From assembly GCA_036172245.1 (NCBI GenBank), contig JAYWIR010000001.1, positions 2,542,001 through 2,606,000 of the forward strand: 64,000 nt of DNA. Reading direction: 5' to 3'. The notes under the pieces were generated by a model that saw only the letters and a program-made list of their open reading frames with translations, was not told where the DNA came from and did no database searches. The stretch comes from Raillietiella orientalis. Its lineage: Eukaryota. Shown in pieces: positions 1 through 12,030 of the stretch. The number at the start of each line of letters is the position of its first letter. The first letter of the stretch is position 1. The translations under genes and the position numbers were made by a program.

Positions 1-3000
1 TTCCACGTCCCGGAAGGGGACGAGACGGACGGAGAACTCTTCCTCCGTAGGGGGCTCTTCCCCGAGGCTATCTTCCAGGACGATGATGCACCGGAGCTGG
101 GGGAGCTGGGGCAGGAGCCTGCCTACGCGGACCAGGAAGCCGGCCGTGGTCAGCAGGTGCGTGGCCTGGCTTTCCTGAAGAATCTGGAGGATCCCCTTGT
201 CTTCCAGGACGCTGTACAGGGTGACCACTTCGCAGAGGGGGCGGGGACGCTCCTGGAAGGCTCCTGAGGCAGCGGGGACGCCGCATACCTGTGATGTTGT
301 GGAGGAAGCACGCGCAGGCGGTGAGGAACCATTCCATTCTCGTGTTAGCCAGGAATGCCAGCCGGCCCCGAGGCTCTAGCCCCATGGACCTCAGACCTTG
401 GCCTATGGCGTTGACCCTCCTGCGGAACTCCTTTCGGTCTACCCACTCGTAGCTGTCCGACAGCCGGAGCTGGAATGGGGAGAGTCCGCTGATGGTAAGC
501 AGGAACCAAGAGAGACACTCGAACCGACCCCCGATGGCACGGAGGGGGTTCCTGGACGACAGCGGGGAGTCGGGCAGGCCGCGTGTCCCCGGAGCGCCGT
601 CCCGCCGCCGTTTACGCCCCAATCCGACGGCAGAGGGGCGCGCGCCACTTCGCGCGAATGCGTGCCTGCCTGGTCTCCCCTCGAGACGGGGATATATCGG
701 GGCGCCGGCGTGACCAGCTCGGGGAAAGCGCGAGGCGACACGGGGGAGTCCCTCCAAAACCTGGGGATGACAACTCCCCCATCCCGGACTGAGCGCAACC
801 GAGCGCGAAGGAACTCGCGGGGGGGAACCTTCAGGGAGAGTCCTGAAGAATCTCCCGTCTCCACCCGGGTCTGCTGCTGCGGTTCGAGGGGGGGAGTCAC
901 CGCGGACTTTCTAGGGCGTCCACGACGCGTTCAAGGGCACTCGAGAAGTGGAAGGAGGAGTGAAAACCAAACGCAAAGGACGCTCTGCTCCGTACCCAAG
1001 ACAGGCGTTGAGGAGACTTGCGTGCGCTGCTGGTGCTTGGAGGATCTTCGTGGCACGGACGCTCCTCCGTCTTTCAAAGGGGACGCCGAAGAAGCTCGCA
1101 GATCGCCTCCCACCGCCTCGACAGATAACAAGCAGCTCGTATGAAAAGGGAATTACTAGGACTTTTTCGTCCTGCTTTGAAGAGACTTCCCTTCTCCCTT
1201 TCCAGGACGGCTTTTCCATGTAAGGGCCGTGGGAGCGGAAGGAAAAGGGGGTTCCCAAGATGCCAATCGGAAATGTGTTGCATCCGGCTGCAGATGAAGT
1301 TGGGCGGGCAGATCCAGAGAAGGTCGGGGATGGGCATTTCGAGAAGCGCTGAAGTCTTGGGCGGCTTCCGAAAGAGGGGGGGGGGGGACAGAGCTCAACC
1401 TCCGCACTGGAGAACGTTGGGGAAGTCAGGCCGCCAAGGAAGAATCGGTCTCATTCTCAGAACAGGGGAGGGTCCGGCTGCGTGCAGAGAGGAACTTCCG
1501 GGACCTCCAGAGTCTCCCATTTCCCTCGATCAACGACACTAGCCGTCTACCGTCACTCCTACCCCTCTGTTCTCAAGCACGAATGCCTTCCGCACCCCAC
1601 TCCCAGCGACTCCTCTTTCCTACAAGAGCCCCGTTTCGGCGGACGAAAAATCCTCGAGGAGCTCCGGGCTTGGGAGCTGAAAATCCCCTGCCATCATTGT
1701 TCCAGCGCGCGTGCGGAGAGGGAGCCAAACAAGCAGAGGAGATGGCCGATGAGGCGCGTTTGGAGCCAGAGGCGATGCGGAGATGGCGCATTTGGTGCTG
1801 GATGGTCCAGAGTCGGCAGGAGGCTGCTGCTACAAGCGCGGAGAGAGAAATGCGAGGGTCTCGTTTCGACGGTGACGGGAATCTCCCTGGGTTCTTCCCT
1901 GCTCCGCTGCTTTCCTTCCAGCTTTTTCTCTTTTCTCAGTTCGCAAGGAGTGCTGGATGACCGTTCGCATCTTAAGGGAGGGGGAAGGGTCGTGAAACCC
2001 TCTGACACAGTTTTCGACGCCACCTGGGGGCGCATGTTGGATCTTCAGGTTACACGGGGTACACGGGGAGAAAAACGGATTCATAGGGGAGGGATCCACC
2101 CTATGAATCCGTTTTTCTTGCTGTTGGGGAGGAGGGAACCTCGAAGAAAGCCTCTTCCTCATTTCTTCCTCGGAGGGAACCCGGAACTCCGGACTCCCTT
2201 AGGGTCCCTCCTCCCGAGGGGGGAGAAGACGGCTCGGTTTGAGCAACCGGAGGGGAACCGCTGCTGTCTCGCCGATGTTGTGAAAGGATCCCGGAAGGTC
2301 AACTCCCAATCCCGGCCACTCAACGGGGCATCCAGCTGCTTCCACCAGTGCTGCAGGCAGCATCCACCTTCACATCTGAACGTGGAACTCACAAAGTTGC
2401 TGCTGCTGCTGCTTCTCTGCTTATCTCTTCCGGTTTCCCACTCTCAGGAGCACGGTCCCGAGTCTGCGCGAATCAGCTTCATCCACCTTGCAGCATCCAC
2501 ATCTACCTTGCCTTCGCGTGACTGTTTCCCTCGAGCTGAGCGCCAATCACGTGGTTGCGATCTCCAGAGGTTCCTTCTCTGTGGAGATGGGCCCGAGAGC
2601 CGGACGCGGCAGCCAGTTGGCTTCCGCGGCGGCGACCTCTGCCCTCCAAACTCCTTGAAACCATGTAGTTTCGGAAATGGAGAGAGCCGGAGGAGGCAAG
2701 CCGCTTCAAATAGCCTCCGTCCGAGCCGCTTGTGCTCCAGGCGTTGCCCCTTCGCTGGCGTCTCCTTCCTCCTCCTTTCCCCCTCATTCCTCGATGCGAA
2801 CGGTCGTCGTCGTCAGTCGCAAATGCAGTCTGCACGCTTTTGGGGTGAGGGGTGGGGTGGGAGAGAAAAATTCCGAAGCGTCTGGATCGAATTTCGATCA
2901 CTCTGTGCAGGAGAACCGTCTGCTTCAGAAGGCATCGATCGATGGTCATCTCATTTTGATTTTTCTCCCTCCCCTTTCCTCCTCTCTTTTCCAAGAACGA

Positions 3001-6000
3001 ATTCCATTCTGCGCGTTCCCACCGCCGATCGTGCATTGTTGCGACCCCTTTCTGGAAGTTCCAGAAGTTCCTTTGCGGGACAAAGAATCCTCCATCCGGT
3101 GCGTGCGGGTGCTCCCATTGCCCGTGAATCCTTTCCGGTGGTAACGCAGTTCGTTCCTCTCCGCCGGAGTGCCTGCTGAAGACGAACACTCTTTTCAAGC
3201 CTCCTCGCGCCCGCACCTGTCTTCAGCAACGACATTCGCAAAAGGAAGCGGGGTGCTACTCTCGGTTTGCAGCCACCACCCTTTCGTAAGGGTGAGTTTT
3301 CAGAAGAGGGGGGTTTTCACGGAGAAATGTTGCATGGGGAAAAGAGTCCGCCAGCTTTACCTTGCGGGACGGACGCCCCCTCTCCTCCTCGACGACCGTG
3401 TCTACGACGCTTCTGTTCCCCAAACAAAACTGGTCTTCCGTAGTGCTTTCGAAGGTCTGCAGCAAAGCCTGGAGGATTCTCGCTGTTTCCTTGCGGGATG
3501 GCGCTGCATTCACCCACCTCGTACATGGTCCGAAAATTCCTCGACTTGTCTTTGCTAGGCAGCTGCCCTCTTCTGCGAAAGGTGAACTGGTGGTCATCAT
3601 GTTGCAGTATCTCTATCTGGAATGACATGACACGGGGGATGCAGGCGAGCTGCTTGGTGCATTCATTCCCCGAAAGCTGGCGCAGGTGCAGTCACGCCAG
3701 TCGCTTCCACAGCGCATAGATAGGAGAGCACCCGAGAGCCCCGAAAAGTCGAAGTGCTTTCAGTAGTGGTGAGAGTGCCTCTTCGCGAAGAGCGAACTCG
3801 GGAGTCCCTGCCACCACTTTCTTGGTCGCTTAAGCTGGAATGTCCTCCTTCAACAGTGCTGAGGAGCAGAGGAAGGGGAAAAGAATCTCTCTCTCGCTGT
3901 TTCTTGACGTAGAATTCCGTTTTTCTAATCCGAAAATCGGATTTCTACGCTGTCCATCAAGAGGGAACGCGAACTGAAGTTCCAGCGTTCCCGAGTCTGG
4001 CTCCTAGGACAGAAGAGCGACACCCGATAGCACCCTTGGAAACGAAACAGTGATTTCGTATTGCTGCTGGTTGCGGCGATCTGATGAAGAGCCGTTGATG
4101 AGTTGTGATGGCTTCTTTATTCTTCAAGAAAGAGTGTTTGGAAACGTCAATCAGGCCGTGGATACGAGGTGGCTTTCTTTGCAAGATCTTCTCGTTTCTT
4201 TTTTTTTTCCACGTGATGGAAGCAGAGGGCGTCTCCTGCCAATCACAGGCAGTCCTCGGAGTGCGCCCTTCGCTGGACTCGAACGGAGTCACCAACTTGC
4301 CCTCAGCTCGAATTCTGAGCCCAGCAAGTTGGCAGTGGTGGACTCTCCAGGGAAAGTGCACCGTCTATCCTTAGAGCAGCTACGCACGGCGCTCCGCAGC
4401 AGAAAGCCCAGAGGGACCAGGGAATAGCTATGTTCCGTGCTGAGTCGCACGCAATCTCTCTTGCTCCAGCGGGAGGTGCTCCTGGTTCTCGGGTCACACT
4501 GGTCCATTCGTCCGCATTCGTGGCTCGAGGTGCTCCCGGTCAGGAAGGGGAGGGGGACTTGCGTGCTGCAGGCGTGAGCGCAGCTGCAGAAGGTGCCAAA
4601 GGAGAAGTCGCGTCAGGCACCCGGCGATCGCCGTCTGCGGCACTCTCTCCTACGCGCCCGGCGGCACGGCGCCTTGATTTGAAGGCGCGGCTGAAGTGAT
4701 CTGAGATTCATTTTTCCTCTACAGTGAGCTCATCCCTGGGATGGGTTCTCCGTCAGCATCTGGTACTGCTCGAGAGAAGACGGATGGTCCCACCCTGACC
4801 TGCCTCTTAGGGGCTATCCCCGAAGCGCTCAAAAAAAAAAAAAAAATGCTCTAGGAAGAAAGCGCACATCTCCATGCCAATGAGGGATGTTGAGGTAGCC
4901 GTCCGAGCCTTAACAGTTGACCCCCTGTGACCCTGGAACCTCTAAAGTGAAAAGGCAACGCGGGAACTGGGGATCCCGTGGCTATATCTCGAGAAAACGG
5001 GCTTCCTTGCGACTGCCCGGAATGATTCACAGGTTAGGACCTATGCCCGATGGGTCAAACGGGCAGAGCACAGACGAGCTGATGCCATCCGGTACAGATA
5101 GGAACGGAGGTTTGGGAGAAGCAGTCTTACGCATGGAACAAGAGGATGGACCAAATGTGGACGCGAAGGTGAAGTTTGGTAATGATGGTGGAGAGCGCGA
5201 TGAATCGCCCCCCTTCCTTCCCTATTTTATTTGATCAATCAGTTCAATCAACAAAGGAGCTGGGAATCGGTAGAAGGAGCTCGTTCCATTCTGGGTTCTC
5301 CGGTTGTGAAATTGGAGTCGTCCTAAGGAAGTCCGAGGCTCCGGGTTCCCTTCAGGGGTCTCTCCTAAAAGCGTGACAGAAACGTGCTCCCCTCCCTCCG
5401 GATCCCTTCCTGGATGCACAGGATGGCATCCCTCCAGGGCCATTCCCTATAAATTGAAGAGTCTCACGCACCCTCGGGCGGCATGGAACCGTGTGAAAGA
5501 GACGAACAGTTCTTTAGCACTTGGAGAACTTCCATTCCCCCTCCCTCCTCAAAAAAAAAAAAAGTCTGAGAGGAGGAAAGCAGCGAAAACAGAAGGCCGG
5601 CCAGCCGTGATGCTCGTAAAACCACGGCGACGGGACGGAACGCAACTTTTTCTTCCAAACGTGGGGCTTCCCATTTCGCGAAGGCACGTGCAGCCAGGAT
5701 ACCGGGTTTCGGGAGCTGCCGAGACTCCATCGCGGCTGTGGGGAGCAGCAGCAGTGCAGCTGCCGCTGCCGCTGCTCAGCACACTCCTGGGGCTGCCCGA
5801 ATCCGAAAGGGCCGCGCAGCGGTTCGTCTTCCTACAAAGGCCTTCCCGCCCGGACGTTCTCCGTTCCCATCGCTTGACCACTCTAGGGTCACGCCAGCTC
5901 CCCACATGGTCCCTGGGAACTGTTCCGTGGCGCGAGAAATCACTCGGAGGAAGCGACCTTGGTTCCGAAAAGCGTCCTCGGCGAAGCCCTGCGCCTCCCA

Positions 6001-6752
6001 CTTTCGCTGCGAAGGAGAAGGAAAGCGTTCTATTTGGAGAACTCGGAACAGTCCGCGCTTCAAAATAGCAACCTCCCTCAAGGTGAAAGGAAAGCGCCCG
6101 TCGGGTCCACGTGACCTCAGCGGCAGCTGAGGAAGTCACCTGCGATACAGCTCACCAACGCGAAGGTGCGGCGGGCAGGCGCGCGCCAGCCGACCCGCAG
6201 CCGCGGAGGATGGCGGTTCCGATTCTCGGGGAGGAGTGTTTCGCGAGAGGGCCACGGGAAGGAGACGTTCGCTGCGCCCCTCCTGGAATAGACGACGACG
6301 ACGCACCGAGGCAGGAGAGCAGCAGCAACCGTCCATGTCCGCCTCCCCGCCACGGTTTTGCGACCGCTCGGACAGACCCGACTCATCGGAGAGGCACGCG
6401 CCATCTCTGGGCAGCGCGCGCAGGCTTCCTCACCTTCCCCCAAACCTGGTCATCCACCAACTGCACCGTGGGGCGCAGGATTGCATGCACTCCGAGCCCC
6501 AACGAGAGAGGGATACGAGGGGAAAACAGCGACCTTTCAGGGAAACCACCGAAAAGCAAAACGGGACGAGAAAGGGAGGGGAGGAGAAATGTACCCCCTT
6601 CCCCTTTCCGCGGCTCGCCTTACCTGCTCACAGCGTTCACGGAGGCGGTCCCGCGCGCGCTTCTCTTCCCACTTGCGGTACACCGGATACGTGACCCAGT
6701 CGAAGATCTTCGACACGAGCTCCAGTAGCGAGGAGACGAGTGACACGAGCAT
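1..6752 (-). CDS. Acsl: Long-chain fatty acyl-CoA synthetase, ACSL3/ACSL4 type; 5' part, continues beyond window start. Exons 6624-6752, 3518-3616, 3361-3468, 289-469, <1-227
   Basis: GT-AG exons join in frame without stops: MLVSLVSSLLELVSKIFDWVTYPVYRKWEEKRARDRLRERCEQ|IEILQHDDHQFTFRRRGQLPSKDKSRNFRTMYE|ALLQTFESTTEDQFCLGNRSVVDTVVEEERGRPSRK|LRLSDSYEWVDRKEFRRRVNAIGQGLRSMGLEPRGRLAFLANTRMEWFLTACACFLHNIT|VVTLYSVLEDKGILQILQESQATHLLTT...VRLVPFRDVE. The YxW, TRxEW and VVTLY motifs and the hydrophobic N-terminal anchor match the ACSL3/4 N-terminal region. Confidence 0.88.
1970..2260 (-). repeat. Unclassified dispersed repeat family A, copy 1 (in ACSL intron 3); contains a perfect 20-bp inverted repeat
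   Basis: Minus strand CCTAAGGGAGTCCGGAGTTCCGGGTTCCCTCC ... CCCCAGGTGGCGTCGAAAACTGTGTC aligns with copies at about 5320-5560 and 36580-36890. Confidence 0.6.
5320..5563 (+). repeat. Unclassified dispersed repeat family A, copy 2 (in ACSL intron 1), followed by an A-tract
   Basis: CCGGGTTCCCTTCA ... CCCTTCCTGGAT ... CCCTAT ... AAGAGT ... CACCCTCGGGCGGCATGGAACCGTGT, collinear with 36592-36850. Confidence 0.65.
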
Positions 6753-7029
6753 GGTCGCATCCAAAGCGAGCTCTTTCCCCTCTGGGACTGAGAGATCGCT
6801 GCGGAGTACGTCTTGCGTCGCCTTCGGCCCCAAGTGCGACGAATCCTTGCCTCCTAGACGGAGCTCCAGCTGCCAAGTCCCCTCGTGTGCTCACCCCGTG
6901 CAGCTTCCTTGCCCGCCCAAGGTCCCGTTCCCTCGGGAACCCCGAGATTTTGTTCCTTCTTCGAAGGAGAGTCCCGTTGCTGTCTTTATCGACAGGAACC
7001 CTCGTGGCAGCAGGTCGCCACTCGTCTTT

Positions 7030-7950
7030 GTCCGCCGCGAGCACTTATAGAACCATCGACCTTCACGGGAAACAGGAAGATCCTACGCCGGGACATGCGT
7101 CCTTTCTTGATTTAGTCCTGAAATAATGGAGCATCCCGATGCGCCCCAGTTTCTCCGCCCCCGCAGTCCTCCCTCCCTGGCATCGGCGGCATGCCTCTTT
7201 CCCCGAGCGAAGCTCACAGGAAACTTCATTCCGGAAAACGGGGAGGAACCGTGCGAAGCAGTTCGCGAGCGCAGCCCCTCGCCGCTAGGGCTGCCTTCGG
7301 GAACAAGTGTTCGAAGGGAACGGGATGCGCGGGGAAGCAGGGAGGAAGGAGACGCGCGCGCTTCGTGAACGAGGGGAGCGGAATTTCCCCGAGGCTGCAG
7401 GCTCTCTTTCCCTCGGGCGCGAAGACCAACCTGATCTTGGCCTCCGCGTCGCCGAGCTGCCGCCCCTGGAAGCAGTCCACATTCTCGGCCGGTCTCGGAG
7501 GGAAATGCCGGGGCGTCCGCGAAGCGGGAGGAGAGTCGATAGCCCGCCGTGAGGGAAAGGAGGCGAAACCTTCGTTTCCTGCCGACTGCGCGACCGGTGC
7601 CACCACCGCCGGCTGAGCGCAGGCGGTGGCAGCCCGGAGTGCACGCGGTTTCTCTGGGCGGCCCACGTGCTGAAGAGGGGAGGAGGAGGAGCCTCTCTGG
7701 AGCCGGCTGCGACGCCATTTGAAGGTTGGAGGAGGTGAGGGCGGAAGGCCCTGCCAGCGGCTGAGCTCGAGCGGAGCGCCGCCGCGCAGATGCGTTGTGT
7801 CGTCGGGGTGACGGTGCTGACGAGGCCTTCTTGCGCATCAGGAGTTCTCTTCTTTTCGTGAACTCGGTGGGAACGGAGATGCAGGCAGATGCACCTGCCG
7901 TGTCGGTCATGCGGCCCAGCCGGTTGCCATAGCGAACCCCCAGCTCCATA
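7030..7950. promoter_or_regulatory. CpG-rich region upstream of the ACSL start, with a possible TATA-like element (minus-strand TATAAG, 7044-7049)
   Basis: Position about 300 nt 5' of the ATG at 6752, high CpG density. Function is inferred only. Confidence 0.25.
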
Positions 7951-7999
7951 GCATGGATCCTTGTTGTTAGGTCGAGCCGCGTTGTATGGATGATCGTAA

Positions 8000-9170
8000 A
8001 AGGGGATCAGACAGCTCAAGGAGGAACGTGGAACATGGGAATCGGAACAGAATTCGCGGAGAGCAGGGAATTTCCAGTCTGGGGGGAACTCGCGGAGGAC
8101 GTGTCGACGAGAGGAGATCCGCGCGCGCACACTGCCTGGCCTCAGGAGTCCCGTCTTCGGGTGAAGGAAGATCCACGGCGCGTGCAAGGCGGGGCGTCAA
8201 CACTAGTATGTCGCTGGAGGAGATCGTCCTCACCTCGCAGAAGATGCGGTGGGCCTCCTTCTATCCCCCTTGCCCCAGTGCTGCCCTCCCTAAGGGACGC
8301 AAGGGACAGTGTCATCCTGTCCCTTGCTGCATAGCAGCAAAGACTAAACCTCTGGGAGCGTGGACAACTCTGGTGGTCACGGACTCTGAGACCCCTAGTG
8401 TCACACCCCACGGATTTCTACGCTGGGGAGAGCTGCTCGGCATCCCTCCGGAGGAGGTGAAGTGTCCCCCAGCGTGCTGAAATAGCGACGCCGTCCCCCT
8501 CAAGTGACGGGAGTCGGTGTTGCTGGTTGAGCTCAAGAGAATCCCGTGCAAAGCGCACCTTCGCCACTGGATACGAAGGAGCGTGGACGCTCGGTGCGAC
8601 AGATGCGGGAAGGAGACCCTCCCGCACCTGCTTTTGGACTGTGCTAACCTCTGACCCCTTTGGGATCGCCTCGCGGCGATCCTAGGATCCCCAGTGGACG
8701 GTCCTAGGTACATTTTCAGACGCCTCTTCGTGTATGGTGCCGCCAGCAGCGTCGCTTGAAGTTTTCTGCTTTTTTCGCAGGATCACGGCGGCTTGGAATG
8801 CCAGAAGAGGAGGTCGAAGTGGCAGGCAGGCACGCCATCCACTGGCACGGATCTTCCTGAAGACTACCTCGAGATGGCCTCCGCCTGAGCGAGACACAGA
8901 CGGAACTTACCAGCATCCTGGACAGGATGCAGAGGACGCCTAGCAGCGTACTGCGACCCCCTCCTCGTGTGGAACTTTCCTTCCCTATTTTGTCCTTTTT
9001 TTGCTTTTTGTCTTCCCTTTCCTGACGCTGCCGATGCGGACCTCGACGGTCTGCATGACGACGGATTGGGCCTTGGTGCAGTCTCGACCTCACCAAGACC
9101 CAATGGGGACGGTGCGCTCCTAATGTGTTTAGCACGTGGTTCCACCACGTATGCTATCACAAAAATGTAA
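8000..9170 (+). mobile_element. Decayed 3' end of a Tx1/L1-clade non-LTR retrotransposon (ORF2 C-terminal CCHC zf-RVT region)
   Basis: Frame through about 8495-8760 reads PLK*RESVLLVELKRIPCKAHLRHWIRRSVDARCDRCGKETLPHLLLDCANL*PLWDRLAAILG, the CxxC..ETxxHLLxxC..xxW motif, followed by AWNARR in another frame. Contains internal stops; the 5' boundary is approximate. Confidence 0.65.
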
Positions 9171-10200
9171 ATTTATTATTCTTTAATATAATGAATGCCT
9201 CGGCAAAACTGAGTGAAAACCCTGGTGATAGGGTTCTCCATCTGCCGCTTTCCTTGGAGGACCTCCCTAGGATCGCCCTGTAGGGCAGGGGAAGATCTCG
9301 AGTCCGGTCGAAGGATTTGCGTGCTCCGATTCGGGCTAGGGTCTTGGCCACCTCACGCTGGAGCGATCCCACCTAAGCGTCAGCTCCAGTTCAGAAGATC
9401 CTCCCTGGTGGCGAAGAAGTGGGCATCACATGGATGCGTCCTTGCACTCCCCCTCGCCAAGAGAGCAGCCAGCTGCCGAGGATTAGGACCGCCCCTCGTC
9501 GTCGGCCACCGGATTTCGTCCCAGTGTGGGCGTCACCTCCAGCAGGCGGCCGTCTCAGCGAAGTAGGGTGCCTAGATCTTTCGCCTCCATGAGAACTGTG
9601 GCGCCTGGTTTCAGGAAACAGCTCTCCCGTGGGGAAGGACGAACCTCGCCAGCACGGGGCAGAGGCATGGGTCTATGGCACCCCCAGAAATGCATGCTGC
9701 TGCACGTTAGAGGAGACGCTGGGAGGTGAAGAGAAGACCTAGAGGGTTTCGGGAGCACCCCTTGTCCGCAGCATTGCGTTCCTCATGACAGTGGCATGCA
9801 GCCCAGGTGGGAGGCGAATCGCAGTCCGAGGGTGAACGAAACTCCTCGCAGAGTGGTCGACGCGGGAACTCGGAGACGCTGCGACGACTGCCCAAGGGTC
9901 CCATCCGAAGAACCTGTACGCTAGGGTGAGCTGCTGATGGGAGCTCCCCGAGAAGATCCCATAAGACCCCCATCGCACTAGGACAAGCGCTCCCTCCCTA
10001 TCAAGAGGAAGGAGGTGGTTCTGCTGCTCTTGCATGGGGGGAATTCCAAGCAGAGCCCTCCTTCATCATTGGATCCGTAGAATTGCATCCTGCTCCGACT
10101 GTGGTGTCCTCTGACCCCTCTGGGTTCGTTTAGCGACAACCTTTCGAGTCCCGGCGGACAGCCCCAGAGACATCTCAAAACGCCTCTCCGTGCGTGCTGC
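9170..10200 (-). mobile_element. Decayed 3' end of an RNase H-bearing LINE (I/Nimb/Loa-like)
   Basis: Frameshifted remnants FYGSNDEGG (approx. YTDGSK..GG) and TWAACHCHEERNAADK (approx. WVPxHxGxxGNExAD). A-rich end AAAGAATAATAAA at about 9171-9184. Confidence 0.5.
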
Positions 10201-10339
10201 ACTGCCGCTAGCGGCGTACCTAACAGTTCCCCGCTGTCTTCGTGGGGGGTCTTTCCGACCTGAAAACGCCTCATAAAGAGGTCAGGACTGGTTCTGGAAG
10301 GTTCCTTGGTTCCTGGAAGTATCCCGGAGAACAGTCAAC

Positions 10340-10540
10340 GGAGCACATCAGGGAGTTTCCGGCCTCCACCAGTGCCGCATCCGAATGGATCAACCAGCGT
10401 CATCCTACTTGTAGGGAGGGAGATGGGGGGGACTCGAAACCCACGACTCATCCCTCCCATTTCTCGCATTAACTCTTCCCTAGGAGGAATTCGAACCCGC
10501 AACGCTGGGTGTCACGAGACCTCCCGTACGGGCTGCCTGG
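10340..10540 (-). mobile_element. tRNA-derived SINE-like repeat, copy 1
   Basis: Minus-strand B-box-like GTTGCGGGTTCGAATTCC at about 10486-10503. The body (plus strand GTTTCCGGCCTCCACC...CCAGCGTCATCCTAC...GGGACTCG) is shared with 11847-12004. Confidence 0.55.
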
Positions 10541-11839
10541 AAGCGGACAGGAATCCCTTCCTGAATCCTCCCTCGAAGAAGAAATAAAAAAAATTCGTAC
10601 ATTTTTCATTTATTTATTTTTCCTTTTTGTTTATCCCTTCCCCTCCCCTTGGCTTCCGAGAATGACCTCACCGGTCTGCGTATCGGTAGCTGGACAGGTT
10701 CCCTATTTGTCAGAACGTGAGTGAGACGGAGAGCCCTACCACAGATGTTTTTTATTATATTTTTTTTCTTTTTTTTTAATAAGAAACGAGAATGCAGAGA
10801 ATGTGGTGATGGGTCGTCAACGGAGTCGACACACGGCGAAGGGAGCGTCGCGAGCTTTTTCTCCTCCCTTTCTCCTCCAGTGGAGGCACTATCGGAATCG
10901 GCCGGGAGCTTCGGTGGCTTCGAGGTGCCCGGGGTTCCGGGAGCTGCAGGACGACAGAGGACTCGCAAGGGCGGAAAATTCGGGGCAGAGGGCGAGTGCG
11001 CCAACACACGGCGCAGCTGGGGGCGCAGGTTCAGTGCTGCTGCCGGGAATGGGTCGTGCCAGAGGGGTTCCGCGAGAGGAGTTCTCTCCTCTAGCGTCCG
11101 AGGTGTTCCAGGGTGGAGACCACACGCATCCACGGGATGCGTTTTCCCCGAAGGCCTCAGGGATTCGAGAGTCCGTCAACGGTGGAGCCGTTGCTCCTCC
11201 CCCTCAACACAAAGGCGTGACCCCCTTTGGTGGGAGCACGACTTTGTTCTGCAGCGGTCATGACAACAAGCAGGAAAGGCGGCACCGCCGGGTCGCTTCC
11301 CTGGCCATAGTGGAGCTGGCCCGCGCCTTCGGGGCGGGTGGTTCCACGAGAACTCCTTCGTGGCTCCTCGTGTGAAAGTCAAATGAAAGAGTTGTTCAGT
11401 TCGGGACTTGTACACCCAAGCCTACACTTCGGGGGTGTGGAGGACTGGCACTCCACAGGAAGTGTACTCTGCTTTTTTTTTTACACAGCCATCGGATCCA
11501 CACGGACTGGAGAAGAATCCCTTGGAGGCCTCTGCTTCCTCGTCCATTCAGGGGATCTCTGCTTCGCTGCAGATTGCAAAGGGAGACTACGCCAGCATCT
11601 TGAGCTTCCCGACAGCCTGTGCAATGCCGTCGGGCCAGCCACCAACTCAACAAGGCAACACTGTTTGCACTTTACCGCGGTTTCTCCCGGAAGTGACCCG
11701 AAAAACGTATTCAGGACAGGGGGAAGGCGAGACACTGCACTCCTGCGATCTAGAAAAGCATACGGGCATCAGAGAGATGACCAGTTGTCCCTAGGCTTAT
11801 ATCTTGCAGAGACATTCAAGCGCCGACAGCTAGACAAAG

Positions 11840-12030
11840 TGATCCGGTTTCCGGCTTCAACCGGGGCCGCTTCCGAAGCCAACCGAGGCCAGCCAGCGTC
11901 GTCCTACGAGGAAGGGAGAGAGAGAGGGGAAGGGACTCGGAAAGCATGACGCATACTCCATTTTTCGACGTCTATCCTCCATGTGAAGATTGGAACCCGC
12001 AACTCTTGGACCGCGGCCGCCAGAGAGGAA
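11840..12030 (-). mobile_element. tRNA-derived SINE-like repeat, copy 2
   Basis: GTTTCCGGCTTCAACC...CCAGCGTCGTCCTAC...GGGACTCG...GATTGGAACCCGCAAC, collinear with 10353-10504. Confidence 0.55.

Noticed and set aside
1482-3179. 565-aa plus-strand ORF, and the many other overlapping long ORFs in 1-21 kb
   Set aside because: No recognisable motif and Arg/Ser/Pro/Gly-rich, as expected of stop-poor GC-rich DNA. This one lies antisense within an ACSL intron and crosses a repeat.
4917-5234. ORF loosely resembling an RTE/L2 C-terminal tail (LRLPGMIHRL..MPD)
   Set aside because: Too degenerate to support a call.
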